Assembly (NCBI GenBank): GCA_016872555.1
Contig: VGZO01000007.1
Location: forward strand, 38,897 to 102,896
From: Planctomycetota bacterium
GTDB taxonomy: Bacteria > Planctomycetota > Planctomycetia > Pirellulales > UBA1268
DNA length: 64,000 nt
Direction: 5' to 3'
The position numbers and the translations under genes are program-made. The notes beneath the pieces were generated by a model. The model did not search any database, was not told the DNA's origin, and saw only the letters and a program-made list of their open reading frames with translations. Shown one piece after another: positions 28,041 through 38,351 of the stretch (within the stretch, counting starts at the first letter, position 1; the number at the start of each line of letters is the position of its first letter).

Positions 28041-30884
28041 TCAGCGGACGGTGATGAACTCGCTGGCGTTGTACAGACTGCGACACAACAGCGCCAGGCC
28101 GTGATCCCTCTCGAGCGCGGCTGCGGCCGTGGCTTCCGCCGGCGTCGGGGCCCGCCCGAGCGCCAACTGAAACGCGCGCTCGATCCGGCCACCTGGCTCG
28201 GCGCCCGCCTCACGCTCGACTCGGCTCGCGAACCGCTCGGCCTGGTCGAGAAGAAACGCGCCGTTGAGCATGTTGAGCGCCTGCAGCGGCGTCGTGCTCG
28301 CCGTCCGTCGTGGCTGCACCTGGCTGGCGTCGGGGCAGTCGAACGCACCGAAAAAGGTATCGATCTCCGCGCGCGGCTTGGATTGGTACACCATCCGGCG
28401 GAACTCGTCGGCGCCGAATGCCTCCTTCGTGACGTAGACCTTCACGTAGTTGCCGTTGGGCTCGAATAGGTCGAATCCCGGCCCGCCCATCCGGGTGTCG
28501 AGGCTGCCGCTGACGGCGAGGATCGCGTCGCGGATCGCCTCCGCCTCGAGGCGCCGAGGGGGATGGCGCCAGAGGAGCCTGTCGAGCGCGTCGACGGCCA
28601 GCGCGTCGGGGCGGGGATCGCTCGCCTGGCGGTAGGTGTGGCTGGTGACGATCAGCCGGTGGACGTGCTTGAGCCGCCACCCCGACGACACCAGCTCGCT
28701 CGCCAGCCAGTCGAGGAGCTCCGGATGGCTCGGGATGCCGCCGTTGACACCCAGGTCGCTGGGGGTGTCGACGATCCCGGTGCCGAAGTGGTGGTGCCAG
28801 AGGCGATTGACGATGACCCGCGCCGTGAGCGGATTGTCGGACGCGGTGATCCACTCGGCGAGGCGCTGGCGTCGTGCCTGCTCGGGCGCGTCGCTGGCGA
28901 GCTCCCACGAGCCGCCCAGCTCCGTCAGGCCACCGGGCAGCACCTCCTCGCGCGGCGCCATCGGGTCGCCGCGGAACAACCGGTGGGTGGGCCCGGGCTC
29001 GACGAACGTGCCGACGTAGCCGCGGGGCCCGGTGGACAGTTGCTCCAGTTCGGTCCGGCTCGCGGCGAGGCGGGCGGCGAGTGATTCTCCCTCGGAACGC
29101 TCGTCCGGTGGCAGGAGCGCGAACTCGGCCGACGGTGCGGCGGCCGGGCCGTGGGGCATGCGGCCGGCGTCGCTGGCGACCATCCGCCACGTCGCTCCAT
29201 CGTCGGACACCGCGATCTCGTAGCGGATCGCGAGGCGGTCGGAAAACCGGGGCTGCGCGCTGCGGTCGCGGCTCCACACCACGCGCTCGATCGGCACCGG
29301 CGCCGCCAGTTCGATCTGCACCCAGCCGCCGCCGGGCTCGGCGGAGATCCACGACCGTTCGTTGCCATAGCGCCCGTCGTTGACGTGGCCGAGCTTGTGG
29401 ATGTCGTACCCGGCGAGGGTGCTCGACGCCGTCGGCCGGCCGGCCCGGGCGACGTTGGTGCCGTCGGTCGCGAACACCTCCAACTCGTCGAGGCAGGGCT
29501 CGGAATTGCCCGTCGTAACGCGGACCGTGAACCGCACCCACCGCGCCATGACAGCGGGAAACAGCTCGACATTGTCCCGCGGGCCGACCGGCGGACGGAG
29601 GCCGGCGGCGCGCCCCGCCGCCGCCGCCGCGGCGCGGTACTCCGCCAGCCGTGCCGCCTGGGCGGCGACCTGCGGCTCGAGGGCCGCGATCCGCTGCTCC
29701 CGCTCGGCGTCGGCGGCCGCGTCGCGGAGCGGCCGCTCGCCATGCTGGACGCCGGCGAACACCGCTTTGATGCGGTGGTAGTCGACCTGCGAGACCGGGT
29801 CGTACTTGTGGTCGTGGCAGCGTGCGCATCCCACCGTCAAACCGAGGAACGCCGACGCCGTCGTTCCCACGATGTCGTGGAGCTCGTCGGCACGCTGCGT
29901 CGCGGTGAGCACCGGGTCGGGCGACTTCACCTGGTCCCACGGTCCGCCGACGAGAAACCCCGTCGCGGCGTCGGCTCCCCAGACGTCGCCGGCGATCTGC
30001 GCGCGGACGAACCGGTCGTACGGCATGTCGTCGTTGAGCGCGGCGATCACCCAGTCGCGGTAGGGCCACGCGTTGGGCCGGGCGGTATTGGTCTCGAACC
30101 CGTGGCTCTCGGCGAACCGGACGACGTCGAGCCAATGCCGCGCCCAGCGTTCACCGTGCCGGGGCGAGTCGAGCAACCTCTCGACCAGCGCGCGGTAGGC
30201 GGCATCGGCGCCTCCGTCGCTCCCGCACGCCGCGACGAAGGCCTCGATCTCCTCGGGCGATGGCGGCAGGCCGACGAGATCGAAAAACACCCGGCGGACG
30301 AGTGTCCGCGGGTCGGCTTCGGGCGAGGGCGTCAATCGCGCCGCAGCCAGCGGGACCGCCACGAAGGCGTCGATCGGATTGTCCGACGGGCCGGCGACCG
30401 ACGGCACCGCGGGGCGCACGACCGGCTGAATCGCCCAGTGCCCTCGCGCCCGCTCCAGCCGACGATCGCCGTCCAAGCGCGGCAGCAGTTCGGCGGGAAG
30501 CGTGCGCAGGTCGTCCGGCCACGGGGCACCGGCGGCGATCCACTCCTCGACCAGCCGCACCTCGTCGGCCGAAAGCGGCTCCCCGTCGGCCGGCATCAGT
30601 GCTTCCCGGTCGGTCGACGTGATCCGGCCAAAGAGCGCGCTTGTGGCCGGACTTCCCGGCACGATGCCGGGGTCCCCCGAATCGCCCCCCGCGATCGTGC
30701 GCTCGCGGACATCGACGCGGTACCCGCTTTCCGCCTTGGCTGGTCCGTGGCACGCGCCGCACCGCGCTGCCAGGAGTGGTGCCACCCGATCCCGAAATAG
30801 CGCCGCTCCGTCGGCGGCTGCCTGGCCCGCCGAAGTGGCCGCGAGCATGGCGGCGACGGCGACGACGGTGGCTCGATGCATCAC
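28041..30884 (-). CDS. PSCyt1 / DUF1549 (PSCyt2) / discoidin / DUF1553 (PSD1) multidomain protein
   Basis: 947 aa with a signal peptide. Heme-like CGACHG (planctomycete cytochrome c); NPIDAFV...LVRRVFFDLVGLPPSPEEIEAFV (DUF1549); an F5/8-type-C-like segment ARWVRFTVRVTTGNSEPCLDELEVF; and NRLWHHHFGTGIVDTPSDLG (DUF1553). Confidence 0.9.
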   Translation of the reverse strand: MMHRATVVAVAAMLAATSAGQAAADGAALFRDRVAPLLAARCGACHGPAKAESGYRVDVRERTIAGGDSGDPGIVPGSPATSALFGRITSTDREALMPADGEPLSADEVRLVEEWIAAGAPWPDDLRTLPAELLPRLDGDRRLERARGHWAIQPVVRPAVPSVAGPSDNPIDAFVAVPLAAARLTPSPEADPRTLVRRVFFDLVGLPPSPEEIEAFVAACGSDGGADAAYRALVERLLDSPRHGERWARHWLDVVRFAESHGFETNTARPNAWPYRDWVIAALNDDMPYDRFVRAQIAGDVWGADAATGFLVGGPWDQVKSPDPVLTATQRADELHDIVGTTASAFLGLTVGCARCHDHKYDPVSQVDYHRIKAVFAGVQHGERPLRDAAADAEREQRIAALEPQVAAQAARLAEYRAAAAAAGRAAGLRPPVGPRDNVELFPAVMARWVRFTVRVTTGNSEPCLDELEVFATDGTNVARAGRPTASSTLAGYDIHKLGHVNDGRYGNERSWISAEPGGGWVQIELAAPVPIERVVWSRDRSAQPRFSDRLAIRYEIAVSDDGATWRMVASDAGRMPHGPAAAPSAEFALLPPDERSEGESLAARLAASRTELEQLSTGPRGYVGTFVEPGPTHRLFRGDPMAPREEVLPGGLTELGGSWELASDAPEQARRQRLAEWITASDNPLTARVIVNRLWHHHFGTGIVDTPSDLGVNGGIPSHPELLDWLASELVSSGWRLKHVHRLIVTSHTYRQASDPRPDALAVDALDRLLWRHPPRRLEAEAIRDAILAVSGSLDTRMGGPGFDLFEPNGNYVKVYVTKEAFGADEFRRMVYQSKPRAEIDTFFGAFDCPDASQVQPRRTASTTPLQALNMLNGAFLLDQAERFASRVEREAGAEPGGRIERAFQLALGRAPTPAEATAAAALERDHGLALLCRSLYNASEFITVR

Positions 30885-31128
30885 GGAAACCCCGATCGGC
30901 CGGGCCGGCAGGCCGTGCCGACCGCCCGTTGCACGGGGCTGCCGCGCCCCGTGGACGGCACTCCATCATACCTCCGTCGCGGTCGCCACCCGACGCCGTC
31001 ACGAGCGCCCCATGGCCCCCGGGCCACGACCGCGGCCGTCTCCGCTGGCCGGCGGCGTGCATGGACAGCGTCTGGCGGATCGCCGAGAATCGCCGGCCCT
31101 GCCGCGTCCACCATCGCGAGAGCACCCC

Positions 31129-32562
31129 ATGACCACCTGGCCCGTCCACGGCCACATCGACGGCCCGATCGTGATGATCGGCTTCGGGTCGATCGGACGG
31201 GGCACGCTGCCGCTCATCGAACGGCATTTCACGTTCGACCGGTCGCGGCTGGTGGTCATCGACCCCGACGACCGCGATCGGGCGATCCTCGACCGCCACG
31301 GGGTGCGCTTCATCCATCAGGCCGTGACCCGCGACCGCTACCGGCATCTGCTCGAGCCGCTGCTCGGCGGTGGGGGCCAGGCGTTTTGCGTCAATCTGTC
31401 GGTCGACACCTCGTCGCTCGACATTCTCCGCCTCTGCCGTGAGCTCGGGGCCCTGTACATCGACACCGTCGTCGAACCCTGGCCCGGGTTCTACTTCGAC
31501 CGCTCGGCCGACCCCGAATCGCGCACCAACAACGCCCTCCGCGCCACCGTCCGCGCCGAGAAGGAGCGTTCCCCGGGGGGTCCGACCGCGGTGTCCTGCT
31601 GCGGAGCCAATCCGGGGATGGTGTCGTGGTTCGTCAAGCAGGCGCTGGTCGACCTCGCCGCCGAAGTCGGCCACCGTGCCGCGACGCCGGGGCCGGACGA
31701 CCGCGCCGCCTGGGCCCGGCTGATGCGCGACCTCGGCGTGAAGGGGATCCACATCGCCGAACGCGACACCCAGCGCTCGCGCCATCCCAAGCCGCCAGAC
31801 GTGTTCGTCAACACCTGGAGCGTCGAGGGCTTCCTCTCCGAGGGCATGCAGCCGGCCGAGCTCGGCTGGGGGACCCACGAGAAGTGGCTGCCCCCCGACG
31901 GCCGCCTCGAGACGATCGGCACCCGGGCCGGCGCCTACCTGCTTCGCCCCGGGGCCAACACGCGCGTGCGCACCTGGTGCCCGTCGCTCGGACCGCAGTA
32001 CGGGTTTCTCGTGACCCACAACGAGTCGCTGTCGATCGCCGACTTCTTCACGCTCCGCGACGGCGACCGCGTCGTGTACCGCCCCACCTGCCACTACGCC
32101 TACCATCCCGCCGATGCCGCCGTGCTCTCGCTCCACGAGCTGTTCGGCCGTGGCGGCAAGCGCCAGAGCGAAATCCACATCCTCGACGAGCACGAGATCG
32201 TCGACGGCATCGACGAGCTCGGCGTGCTGCTCTACGGCCATGCCAAGAACGCTTACTGGTACGGATCGCAGCTGTCGATCGACGAGACCCGCGATCTCGC
32301 CCCCTACCAAAACGCCACCGGCCTCCAGGTCACGTCGGCGGTGCTGGCGGGGATGGTGTGGGCGCTGGAGAACCCCCGCGCCGGGATCGTCGAGGCCGAC
32401 GAGATGGACTTCCGCCGCTGCCTCGACATCCAGCGACCCTACCTCGGTCCGGTCACCGGTCATTACACCGACTGGACCCCGCTGACCGACCGCCCGGGGC
32501 TGTTCCCCGAAGACATCGACCCGAGCGATCCGTGGCAGTTTCGCAACGTCCTCGTGCACTGA
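31129..32562 (+). CDS. hss: homospermidine synthase
   Basis: C-terminal 477 aa of ORF 30502..32562, starting at ATG 31129. MTTWPVHGHIDGPIVMIGFGSIGRGTLPLIERHFTFDRSRLVVIDP matches my recollection of bacterial Hss N-termini. Saccharopine-dehydrogenase-like throughout. Confidence 0.85.
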   Translation: MTTWPVHGHIDGPIVMIGFGSIGRGTLPLIERHFTFDRSRLVVIDPDDRDRAILDRHGVRFIHQAVTRDRYRHLLEPLLGGGGQAFCVNLSVDTSSLDILRLCRELGALYIDTVVEPWPGFYFDRSADPESRTNNALRATVRAEKERSPGGPTAVSCCGANPGMVSWFVKQALVDLAAEVGHRAATPGPDDRAAWARLMRDLGVKGIHIAERDTQRSRHPKPPDVFVNTWSVEGFLSEGMQPAELGWGTHEKWLPPDGRLETIGTRAGAYLLRPGANTRVRTWCPSLGPQYGFLVTHNESLSIADFFTLRDGDRVVYRPTCHYAYHPADAAVLSLHELFGRGGKRQSEIHILDEHEIVDGIDELGVLLYGHAKNAYWYGSQLSIDETRDLAPYQNATGLQVTSAVLAGMVWALENPRAGIVEADEMDFRRCLDIQRPYLGPVTGHYTDWTPLTDRPGLFPEDIDPSDPWQFRNVLVH

Positions 32563-32597
32563 CGCACCGGCGCCGGTGACCTCCCCTCCGGTGCGGC

Positions 32598-33548
32598 ATG
32601 GACGTGGCAGACCCCGAGCCGTCCCCCGGCCTGCTCCTCTTCCGGCGCGACTATCATGGCCCCTCCGGCGGGCATCTCAAGGTCTGGCACTACTACCTCC
32701 ACGCCCGGGAGTCGCGGCGGTTCACGCCGCGGTTGTTCGTCACGCCGGCAAGCCTCGTCGACGACGTCTGCCCGTGGCGCGGCGTCACGACGCTCGCCGA
32801 CTGGCGCCCCGGGGAGGCGGCGGCGTTGTTCGTCGCCGGGCTCGACTGGGAAGCGGTTCCCGACGATCCCGGCCGGCCGGTGATCAACCTCGTGCAGGGC
32901 GTGCGCCATGCCGACCCGGCCGATCCCCGCTACCGGTATCTGGCCCGCCCGGCGGTACGGATCTGCGTCAGTGCCGAGGTGGCCAGGGCGATCACCGCGA
33001 CGGGGATCGTCAACGGCCCCGCCCACGTGATTCCCGCGGCCCTCGATCCGGCAGATCTCCCGCCGCCGGCGACGGCGCGCGACATTCCGGTGCTCGTCGC
33101 CGGAGCCAAGCAACCGGCGCTGGCGCGCGACGTCGCGGCCCGGCTCCGCGACCGGGGGCTCGCGGTCACCTGCCTGACGACGGCGCTGCCGCGCCGGGCG
33201 TTTCTCGACCACCTCGCCCGGGCCGAAGTCGCGGTCCTCCTCCCGCTCGAGGCCGAGGGTTTCTTCCTCCCGGCACTCGAGGCGCTGGCGCTGGGGGCGC
33301 TGGTCGTCTGCCCCGATTGCATCGGTAACCGCGCCATCTGCCGCGACCGGGTGACGGCACTGGTACCGGCATTCGACGCCGGCGCGATCGCCGAGGCGGC
33401 GCGGGAGGCGCTCGCCCTCCCCGCCGCGACCCGCCGGGCGCTGCGGACGGCGGCGGCGTCCGTTGTGGCCCGCCACGGCCCCGACGAGGAGCGCCGGGCG
33501 TTTCTCGCGATCCTCGACTCCCTGCCGCCGACCGGAGGCCGACCGTGA
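32598..33548 (+). CDS. glycosyltransferase, GT-B fold (GT4-like)
   Basis: 316 aa. C-terminal EGFFLPALEALALGALVVCPDCIGNR resembles the E-x7-E region of retaining GT4 enzymes. The stop overlaps the next gene start (GTGA). Confidence 0.7.
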   Translation: MDVADPEPSPGLLLFRRDYHGPSGGHLKVWHYYLHARESRRFTPRLFVTPASLVDDVCPWRGVTTLADWRPGEAAALFVAGLDWEAVPDDPGRPVINLVQGVRHADPADPRYRYLARPAVRICVSAEVARAITATGIVNGPAHVIPAALDPADLPPPATARDIPVLVAGAKQPALARDVAARLRDRGLAVTCLTTALPRRAFLDHLARAEVAVLLPLEAEGFFLPALEALALGALVVCPDCIGNRAICRDRVTALVPAFDAGAIAEAAREALALPAATRRALRTAAASVVARHGPDEERRAFLAILDSLPPTGGRP

Positions 33549-35512
33549 CCGCCAGCCCCGCTCCCGCGGATCGCAACCCCGGCGCCGTCACGGCGGTGCC
33601 ACAGCGCCGGGCGCTGTACCGCGAGCTGTCACGTCTCTATCCCGATGCGGCCAGCGTGCTGGCGGAGATCGCCACGCTGCAGGCGACGCTCACGCTCCCC
33701 AAGTCGCCGGTCCACGTGATCAGCGACGTCCATGGCGAGCACAAGAAGCTCAAGCACGTCGTCAACAACGCCTCGGGCAGCCTGCGGGTTCTCGTCGAGC
33801 GGACGTTCGGCGACCGGCTCGATCCCGCCGAACGCGACCGGCTGCTGAGCCTGATCTACTATCCCCGCGAGACGGTCACGGCGCTCGAGCGCCAGCCCGG
33901 CGGCATGCCCTCCGGCCTCCTCCCGACGACGATCCTCCGCGGCTTCACGCTCCTCCGCTTCCTCGCGCGGGAGCGGACCCGCGAGGCGGTCGAGCGCGTC
34001 GTGCCGCCGCACGCCCGCGGGCTGTTCGCCGAGGTGCTCGCGGCGGCGTCTGCCGACCGGGGCGGGGAGCAGCACGAGGCGATCGTCGGCGAGTACGTGG
34101 CCCGGGGCGCGGGGCTGGAACTGTTACGGATGACGGCGCGGCTGATCCGCAATCTGCTCGTCGGCGAGCTGATCGTCGCTGGCGATCTCGGCGACCGCGG
34201 CCCACGGATCGACCGCGTCATCGACCTCCTCGAGCACCAGCCCCACGTGACGATCACCTGGGGCAACCACGACGCCTCGTGGATGGCAGCCTGCCTCGGC
34301 CACGAGGCGTCGATCGCCACGATCCTGCGGATCTCGCTGCGCTACCGGCGGCTGAGCCAGCTCGAGGAGGGCTACGGTATCACCCTCCAGCCGCTCGAGC
34401 GGTTGGTGCGCGTCTGCTACGGCGACGATCCCGCCGAGCGCTTCGCCTGCAAGGGGGAGGGCCTCCGCGATCCGCTCCTCATGGCCCGGATGCAGAAGGC
34501 CGCCGCGATCCTCCAGTTCAAGCTCGAGGGCCAGCTCGTCGGCCGCCATCCCGAGTGGGGACTCAGCCACCGCGCCCTGCTGACGGCGGTCGACCCGCAC
34601 CGCGGCACCGTGGCGCTCGACGGCCGCGACCAACCGCTCCTCGACACCCACTTTCCCACGGTCGACTGGGACGATCCCCAGCGCCTGTCGGCCGACGAGG
34701 CGGCGTGCGTCGCCCGGCTCCGGGAGTCGTTCCTCGCCAGCCCGACGTTGTGGCGGCAGATGCGCTTCGTCGCCGACCGCGGCCACGCCGTCCTCCGCCG
34801 CGACCAGGTGCTGATCTTCCACGGATGCGTCCCCGTCGACGACCGGGGGGAGTGGATCGGCCTGGTCGTCGACGGCGTGGAGCGCCGGGGCCGCGACCTG
34901 TTCGACGCACTCGAGCGCGTCGTCCACCGCGCCTTCCGCGGGGCGGCCGGCGACGACCTCGACACGCTGTGGTATCTGTGGGGCGGGCCGCTGTCGCCGT
35001 GGTTCGGCAAGGATCGGATGGCGACGTTCGAGTCGTTTTTCGTCGCCGATCCGGCGACGCACGTGGAGACGAAGAACCCCTACTTCCGCCTCATCAACGA
35101 GCGCTGGTTCTGCCGCAAGGTGCTCGCCGAGTTCGGCGTTTTTTCCCCGACCGCCCTGATCGTCAACGGCCACGTCCCGGTCAAGGTCGAGAAGGGAGAG
35201 TCGCCGCTCAAGGCGAGTGGCGACGCGGTGACGATCGACGGCGCCTTCTCCGAGGCCTACGGCGACCGCGGCTACACGCTGATCCTCGAGGCGACTCGGA
35301 CGGCCCTGGCGCTCCACCACCACTTCGAGTCGGTCGACGCGGCGATCGCGTCGGGCGCCGACATCGTGCCCACGATCACCGACCTGCGCGTCGAGGACGT
35401 GCCGCGCCGGATCGGCGACACCGAGGAGGGGGACGAGATCCGCGAGCGGATCGCCGTCCTCGGGGAGCTGATCGCCGCGTACCGCGCCCGGATCGTCGAC
35501 GAGCGCGAGTGA
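33545..35512 (+). CDS. fbp: fructose-1,6-bisphosphatase, class 3
   Basis: 655 aa. Metallophosphoesterase motifs VISDVHGEH, IAGDLGDRGP and TWGNHD; N-terminal LAEIATLQATLTLPK. Size and layout match FBPase III. Confidence 0.88.
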   Translation: MTASPAPADRNPGAVTAVPQRRALYRELSRLYPDAASVLAEIATLQATLTLPKSPVHVISDVHGEHKKLKHVVNNASGSLRVLVERTFGDRLDPAERDRLLSLIYYPRETVTALERQPGGMPSGLLPTTILRGFTLLRFLARERTREAVERVVPPHARGLFAEVLAAASADRGGEQHEAIVGEYVARGAGLELLRMTARLIRNLLVGELIVAGDLGDRGPRIDRVIDLLEHQPHVTITWGNHDASWMAACLGHEASIATILRISLRYRRLSQLEEGYGITLQPLERLVRVCYGDDPAERFACKGEGLRDPLLMARMQKAAAILQFKLEGQLVGRHPEWGLSHRALLTAVDPHRGTVALDGRDQPLLDTHFPTVDWDDPQRLSADEAACVARLRESFLASPTLWRQMRFVADRGHAVLRRDQVLIFHGCVPVDDRGEWIGLVVDGVERRGRDLFDALERVVHRAFRGAAGDDLDTLWYLWGGPLSPWFGKDRMATFESFFVADPATHVETKNPYFRLINERWFCRKVLAEFGVFSPTALIVNGHVPVKVEKGESPLKASGDAVTIDGAFSEAYGDRGYTLILEATRTALALHHHFESVDAAIASGADIVPTITDLRVEDVPRRIGDTEEGDEIRERIAVLGELIAAYRARIVDERE

Positions 35513-35631
35513 CCGCGCGCGGGCCGCCCTCAGCGGCCGTGACGGTCGCGGCGGGCGCGACAACAGTGATGCGATGCCCGGCCATGCGCCTGGTATGCTC
35601 GTGCGGTCGGACGCATCCCGGGAGTCACACG

Positions 35632-37179
35632 ATGTCCACCGCCGCCGGCTACATTACCGACGTCAGCTACGTGCCGGGGTTCTATCCCCACCTGGCGCCG
35701 GTCGTCCTCCGCTACGTCGCGGCGCTCAACCGCTTCACCCCGCCGCCGGCAACCGGCTTTCGCTACCTCGAACTGGGCTGCGGACTGGGGCGGACGCTGA
35801 CGACGCTGGCCGCCGCCGAACCGCGTGGTGAATTCGTCGGCGTCGACGTCAATCCGCAGCACACCGCCGTCGCCGAGCGCGACATCGCCGCCGGGGGGCT
35901 GACCAACGCCCGCGTGTTGACGGCCGACTTCGGCGCGCTGCCGGCCGCCCTCGGCAGCTTCTCGTTCATCACCCTCCACGGTGTCTACAGCTGGGTGTCA
36001 GACGATGTCCGCGCTCACATCCACGCGATCCTCGAGCGCCACCTGGCGCCGGGAGGGCTGGTGCTCGTCAGCTACAACGCCATGCCCGGCTGGGCCCACC
36101 TCCAGCCGATCCGTGGCATCCTCCGCCAGTATGCGGCGCTGCGCCAGGGGGACAGCCTCCAGCGGATCCGCGACGCGATCAACTATCTGGTGTTCATCCG
36201 CGACAAGCAGGCGCGCTATTTCGTCGATAACCCGCGAGCCGCTGCCTATGTCGACTCGATCCGCACCCTCGACGCCCGGTATCTCGCCCACGAGTACCTC
36301 AACGACCACTGGACGAGTTTCTATTTCGCCGACGTCGCGGGGATGATGCGGCGTTCGGGGCTCGACTACGTCGGTAGCCTGCCGGTCCACACCAATTTCT
36401 GGGACCTGTGCGTGCTGCCGGAGTTCCAGGAATTGTTCCGCACCTCGTCCGACCGGCTCGTCGCCGAGGCCCACAAGGACTTCTGTGCCAACACCGCCTT
36501 CCGGTTCGACGTCTACGGCCGACGCCCGGCCCCGCTTCCCACCGTCGAGGACCGTCTCGCTGCCGCCGACGACCTGTGCTACGGCCTCGCCAAGTCCGAC
36601 GTCACGCTTCCCCACGTCGGCAACCTCGGGATCGTCACCTCGACCACACAAGGGCCGCTGTACGACTCGCTGGTCGCCTTCCTCCGTAGCGGAAGCCGGC
36701 GGCTGTCGGAGATTGTCGCTGCCGATCCGTTCGTGACCATCGACCGGGCGACCGTCGCCCGGGCCGTCGATGTCGGCGTGGCGACGGGGTTGCTGGAGGT
36801 GACCAACCATCCCCTCCCCTCAACGGTCACCGTGCCGGACGGGGGTCTCCGTGTCGTCCACCCGTTCAACCGCACGATGCTCGCCTCGGATATCCTCTCG
36901 GGTCGACCCGTGGCGTTGGCCAGCGAGCGTACCGGGAGCGGCACCGTGCTCGGGGATCTCGACGCGGCGATCATCCACGAACTGGTCTCTGCGGACCGCG
37001 CCGGGGTCGCTGAGCGCGTCGACACCAGGCTCACGGCGGTCGGTCGCGGTATCGAGCGCGACAAACAGCCGGTGACCGATGCTGCCGAGCGGCGGGCGAT
37101 CCTCGCCGACGCGGTGACGGCCGTCGAGGAGCGCGTCGTGCCGCTGCTGGTGCGCGGCGGCATCCTTGCGGCGCGGTAG
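35632..37179 (+). CDS. class I SAM-dependent methyltransferase with C-terminal methyltransferase-regulatory-like domain
   Basis: C-terminal 515 aa of the 1238-aa ORF 33463..37179. Start ATG 35632 (GGGAG 7 nt upstream). Motif I is YLELGCGLGRT; then VGVDVNPQH and ITLHGVYSWV. Confidence 0.8.
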   Translation: MSTAAGYITDVSYVPGFYPHLAPVVLRYVAALNRFTPPPATGFRYLELGCGLGRTLTTLAAAEPRGEFVGVDVNPQHTAVAERDIAAGGLTNARVLTADFGALPAALGSFSFITLHGVYSWVSDDVRAHIHAILERHLAPGGLVLVSYNAMPGWAHLQPIRGILRQYAALRQGDSLQRIRDAINYLVFIRDKQARYFVDNPRAAAYVDSIRTLDARYLAHEYLNDHWTSFYFADVAGMMRRSGLDYVGSLPVHTNFWDLCVLPEFQELFRTSSDRLVAEAHKDFCANTAFRFDVYGRRPAPLPTVEDRLAAADDLCYGLAKSDVTLPHVGNLGIVTSTTQGPLYDSLVAFLRSGSRRLSEIVAADPFVTIDRATVARAVDVGVATGLLEVTNHPLPSTVTVPDGGLRVVHPFNRTMLASDILSGRPVALASERTGSGTVLGDLDAAIIHELVSADRAGVAERVDTRLTAVGRGIERDKQPVTDAAERRAILADAVTAVEERVVPLLVRGGILAAR

Positions 37180-37223
37180 GCCCGCTGCTCCGGCTCCGTC
37201 CATGTCCGTCGGGGAAACCCTTC

Positions 37224-38351
37224 ATGCACGCTACTCCTGATCCCGCGCGATCCTGTTTCGACCTCATGCCGCTGTCGCGTCGGGCACTGGGGCGGGCGCT
37301 CGTCCCGACGGCACTTGCGGGTCTGGCCGGGGTTGCCCGTGCGGCGGTGGAGCGCCGCGGAATCCCGCTGGGGTTCGACAACTTCGCCGTCCGCGGCCTG
37401 GGATGGAACGCCCGCAAGCTGGTCGACCACGCCGAAGCGCTCCGCTGCGACGCGCTGTTCATCACCGATTTCGGCCCGCTCGAGGGACGCTTCGACGACG
37501 GCTCGCTCGGCGACCTGCGCACCTACGCTGCCGACCGGGGCGTCTCGCTGGAATTGGGAAGCTGGAGCATCTGCCCGACGTCGACCACGTTCAAGGCCGA
37601 CTGGGGAAGCGCCGAGGAGCACTTGGCGCTCGGGATCCGGATGGCCCGGGCGCTCGGTTCGCCCGCCTTCCGCGTGATCCTCGGCAACGGCGCCGACCGG
37701 CTCACCCCTGGCGGCATCGAGGCCCGGATCGCCGACACGGTCGCGGTGCTCCGCTCGCAGCGCTCACGGGCGATCGATGCCGGCGTGCGGATCGCCGTCG
37801 AGAACCATGCCGGCGACATGCAGTCGCGCGAGCTGAAGGCACTCGTCGAGGAAGCCGGACCGGATTTCGTCGGCGTCAACTTCGACTCCGGCAACGCCTG
37901 CTGGACGCTCGAAGACCCCGTGCGCGCCCTGGAGACCCTCGCTCCCCACGTGGTGACGACGAGCCTGCGCGACACGATGCTCTGGACCGACGACGACGGA
38001 GTCGTCGCCCAGTGGACCGCGATGGGGGAGGGGTGCGTCGACCTGCCGGCATTCTTCGACCTGTTCGCGACCGCCTGCCGCGGGGTGCGCGTGCAGATCG
38101 AGACGATCTCCGGGTTTCCCCGCCGGCTGCCGCTCTACACGGCAGACTTCTGGCGGGCCTACCCCGCGGCGCGGGCCGCCGACCTGGCGGCGTTCCTCGC
38201 GCTGGCCCGCCGCGGCCGGCCGCTCGAACCGTTCAAGCCGCCCGAGGGGGAGGCCCGGCGGCCGGCTGAGCAGGACTACCAGCTCGCCGAGCTCGCCCGG
38301 AGCATCGCCCACTGCCGCGACGTGCTCGGCCTGGGGGTCCGGACGGCGTGA
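37224..38351 (+). CDS. sugar phosphate isomerase/epimerase (xylose-isomerase-like TIM barrel), Tat-signal
   Basis: 375 aa. Leader LSRRALGRALVPTALAGLAGVARA. RIAVENHAGD and GVNFDSGN are typical of the AP-endo-2/xylose isomerase-like TIM family. Confidence 0.8.
   Translation: MHATPDPARSCFDLMPLSRRALGRALVPTALAGLAGVARAAVERRGIPLGFDNFAVRGLGWNARKLVDHAEALRCDALFITDFGPLEGRFDDGSLGDLRTYAADRGVSLELGSWSICPTSTTFKADWGSAEEHLALGIRMARALGSPAFRVILGNGADRLTPGGIEARIADTVAVLRSQRSRAIDAGVRIAVENHAGDMQSRELKALVEEAGPDFVGVNFDSGNACWTLEDPVRALETLAPHVVTTSLRDTMLWTDDDGVVAQWTAMGEGCVDLPAFFDLFATACRGVRVQIETISGFPRRLPLYTADFWRAYPAARAADLAAFLALARRGRPLEPFKPPEGEARRPAEQDYQLAELARSIAHCRDVLGLGVRTA

Noticed and set aside
28210-30135. 641-aa minus-strand ORF in an alternative frame of the PSCyt/DUF1553 gene
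   Set aside because: It is on the same strand as the 947-aa gene but shifted in frame, and its composition is Arg/Pro-rich. The 947-aa frame carries all the recognisable domains.
30151-32559. 802-aa minus-strand ORF
   Set aside because: It is antisense to homospermidine synthase and to the 5' end of the PSCyt/DUF1553 gene. Composition is low complexity and no motifs are present.
33463-35631. N-terminal 720 codons of the 1238-aa ORF 33463..37179
   Set aside because: It is an Arg/Pro/Gly-rich alternative frame lying over the clearly homologous class-3 FBPase gene. Only the part from ATG 35632, the methyltransferase, looks real.
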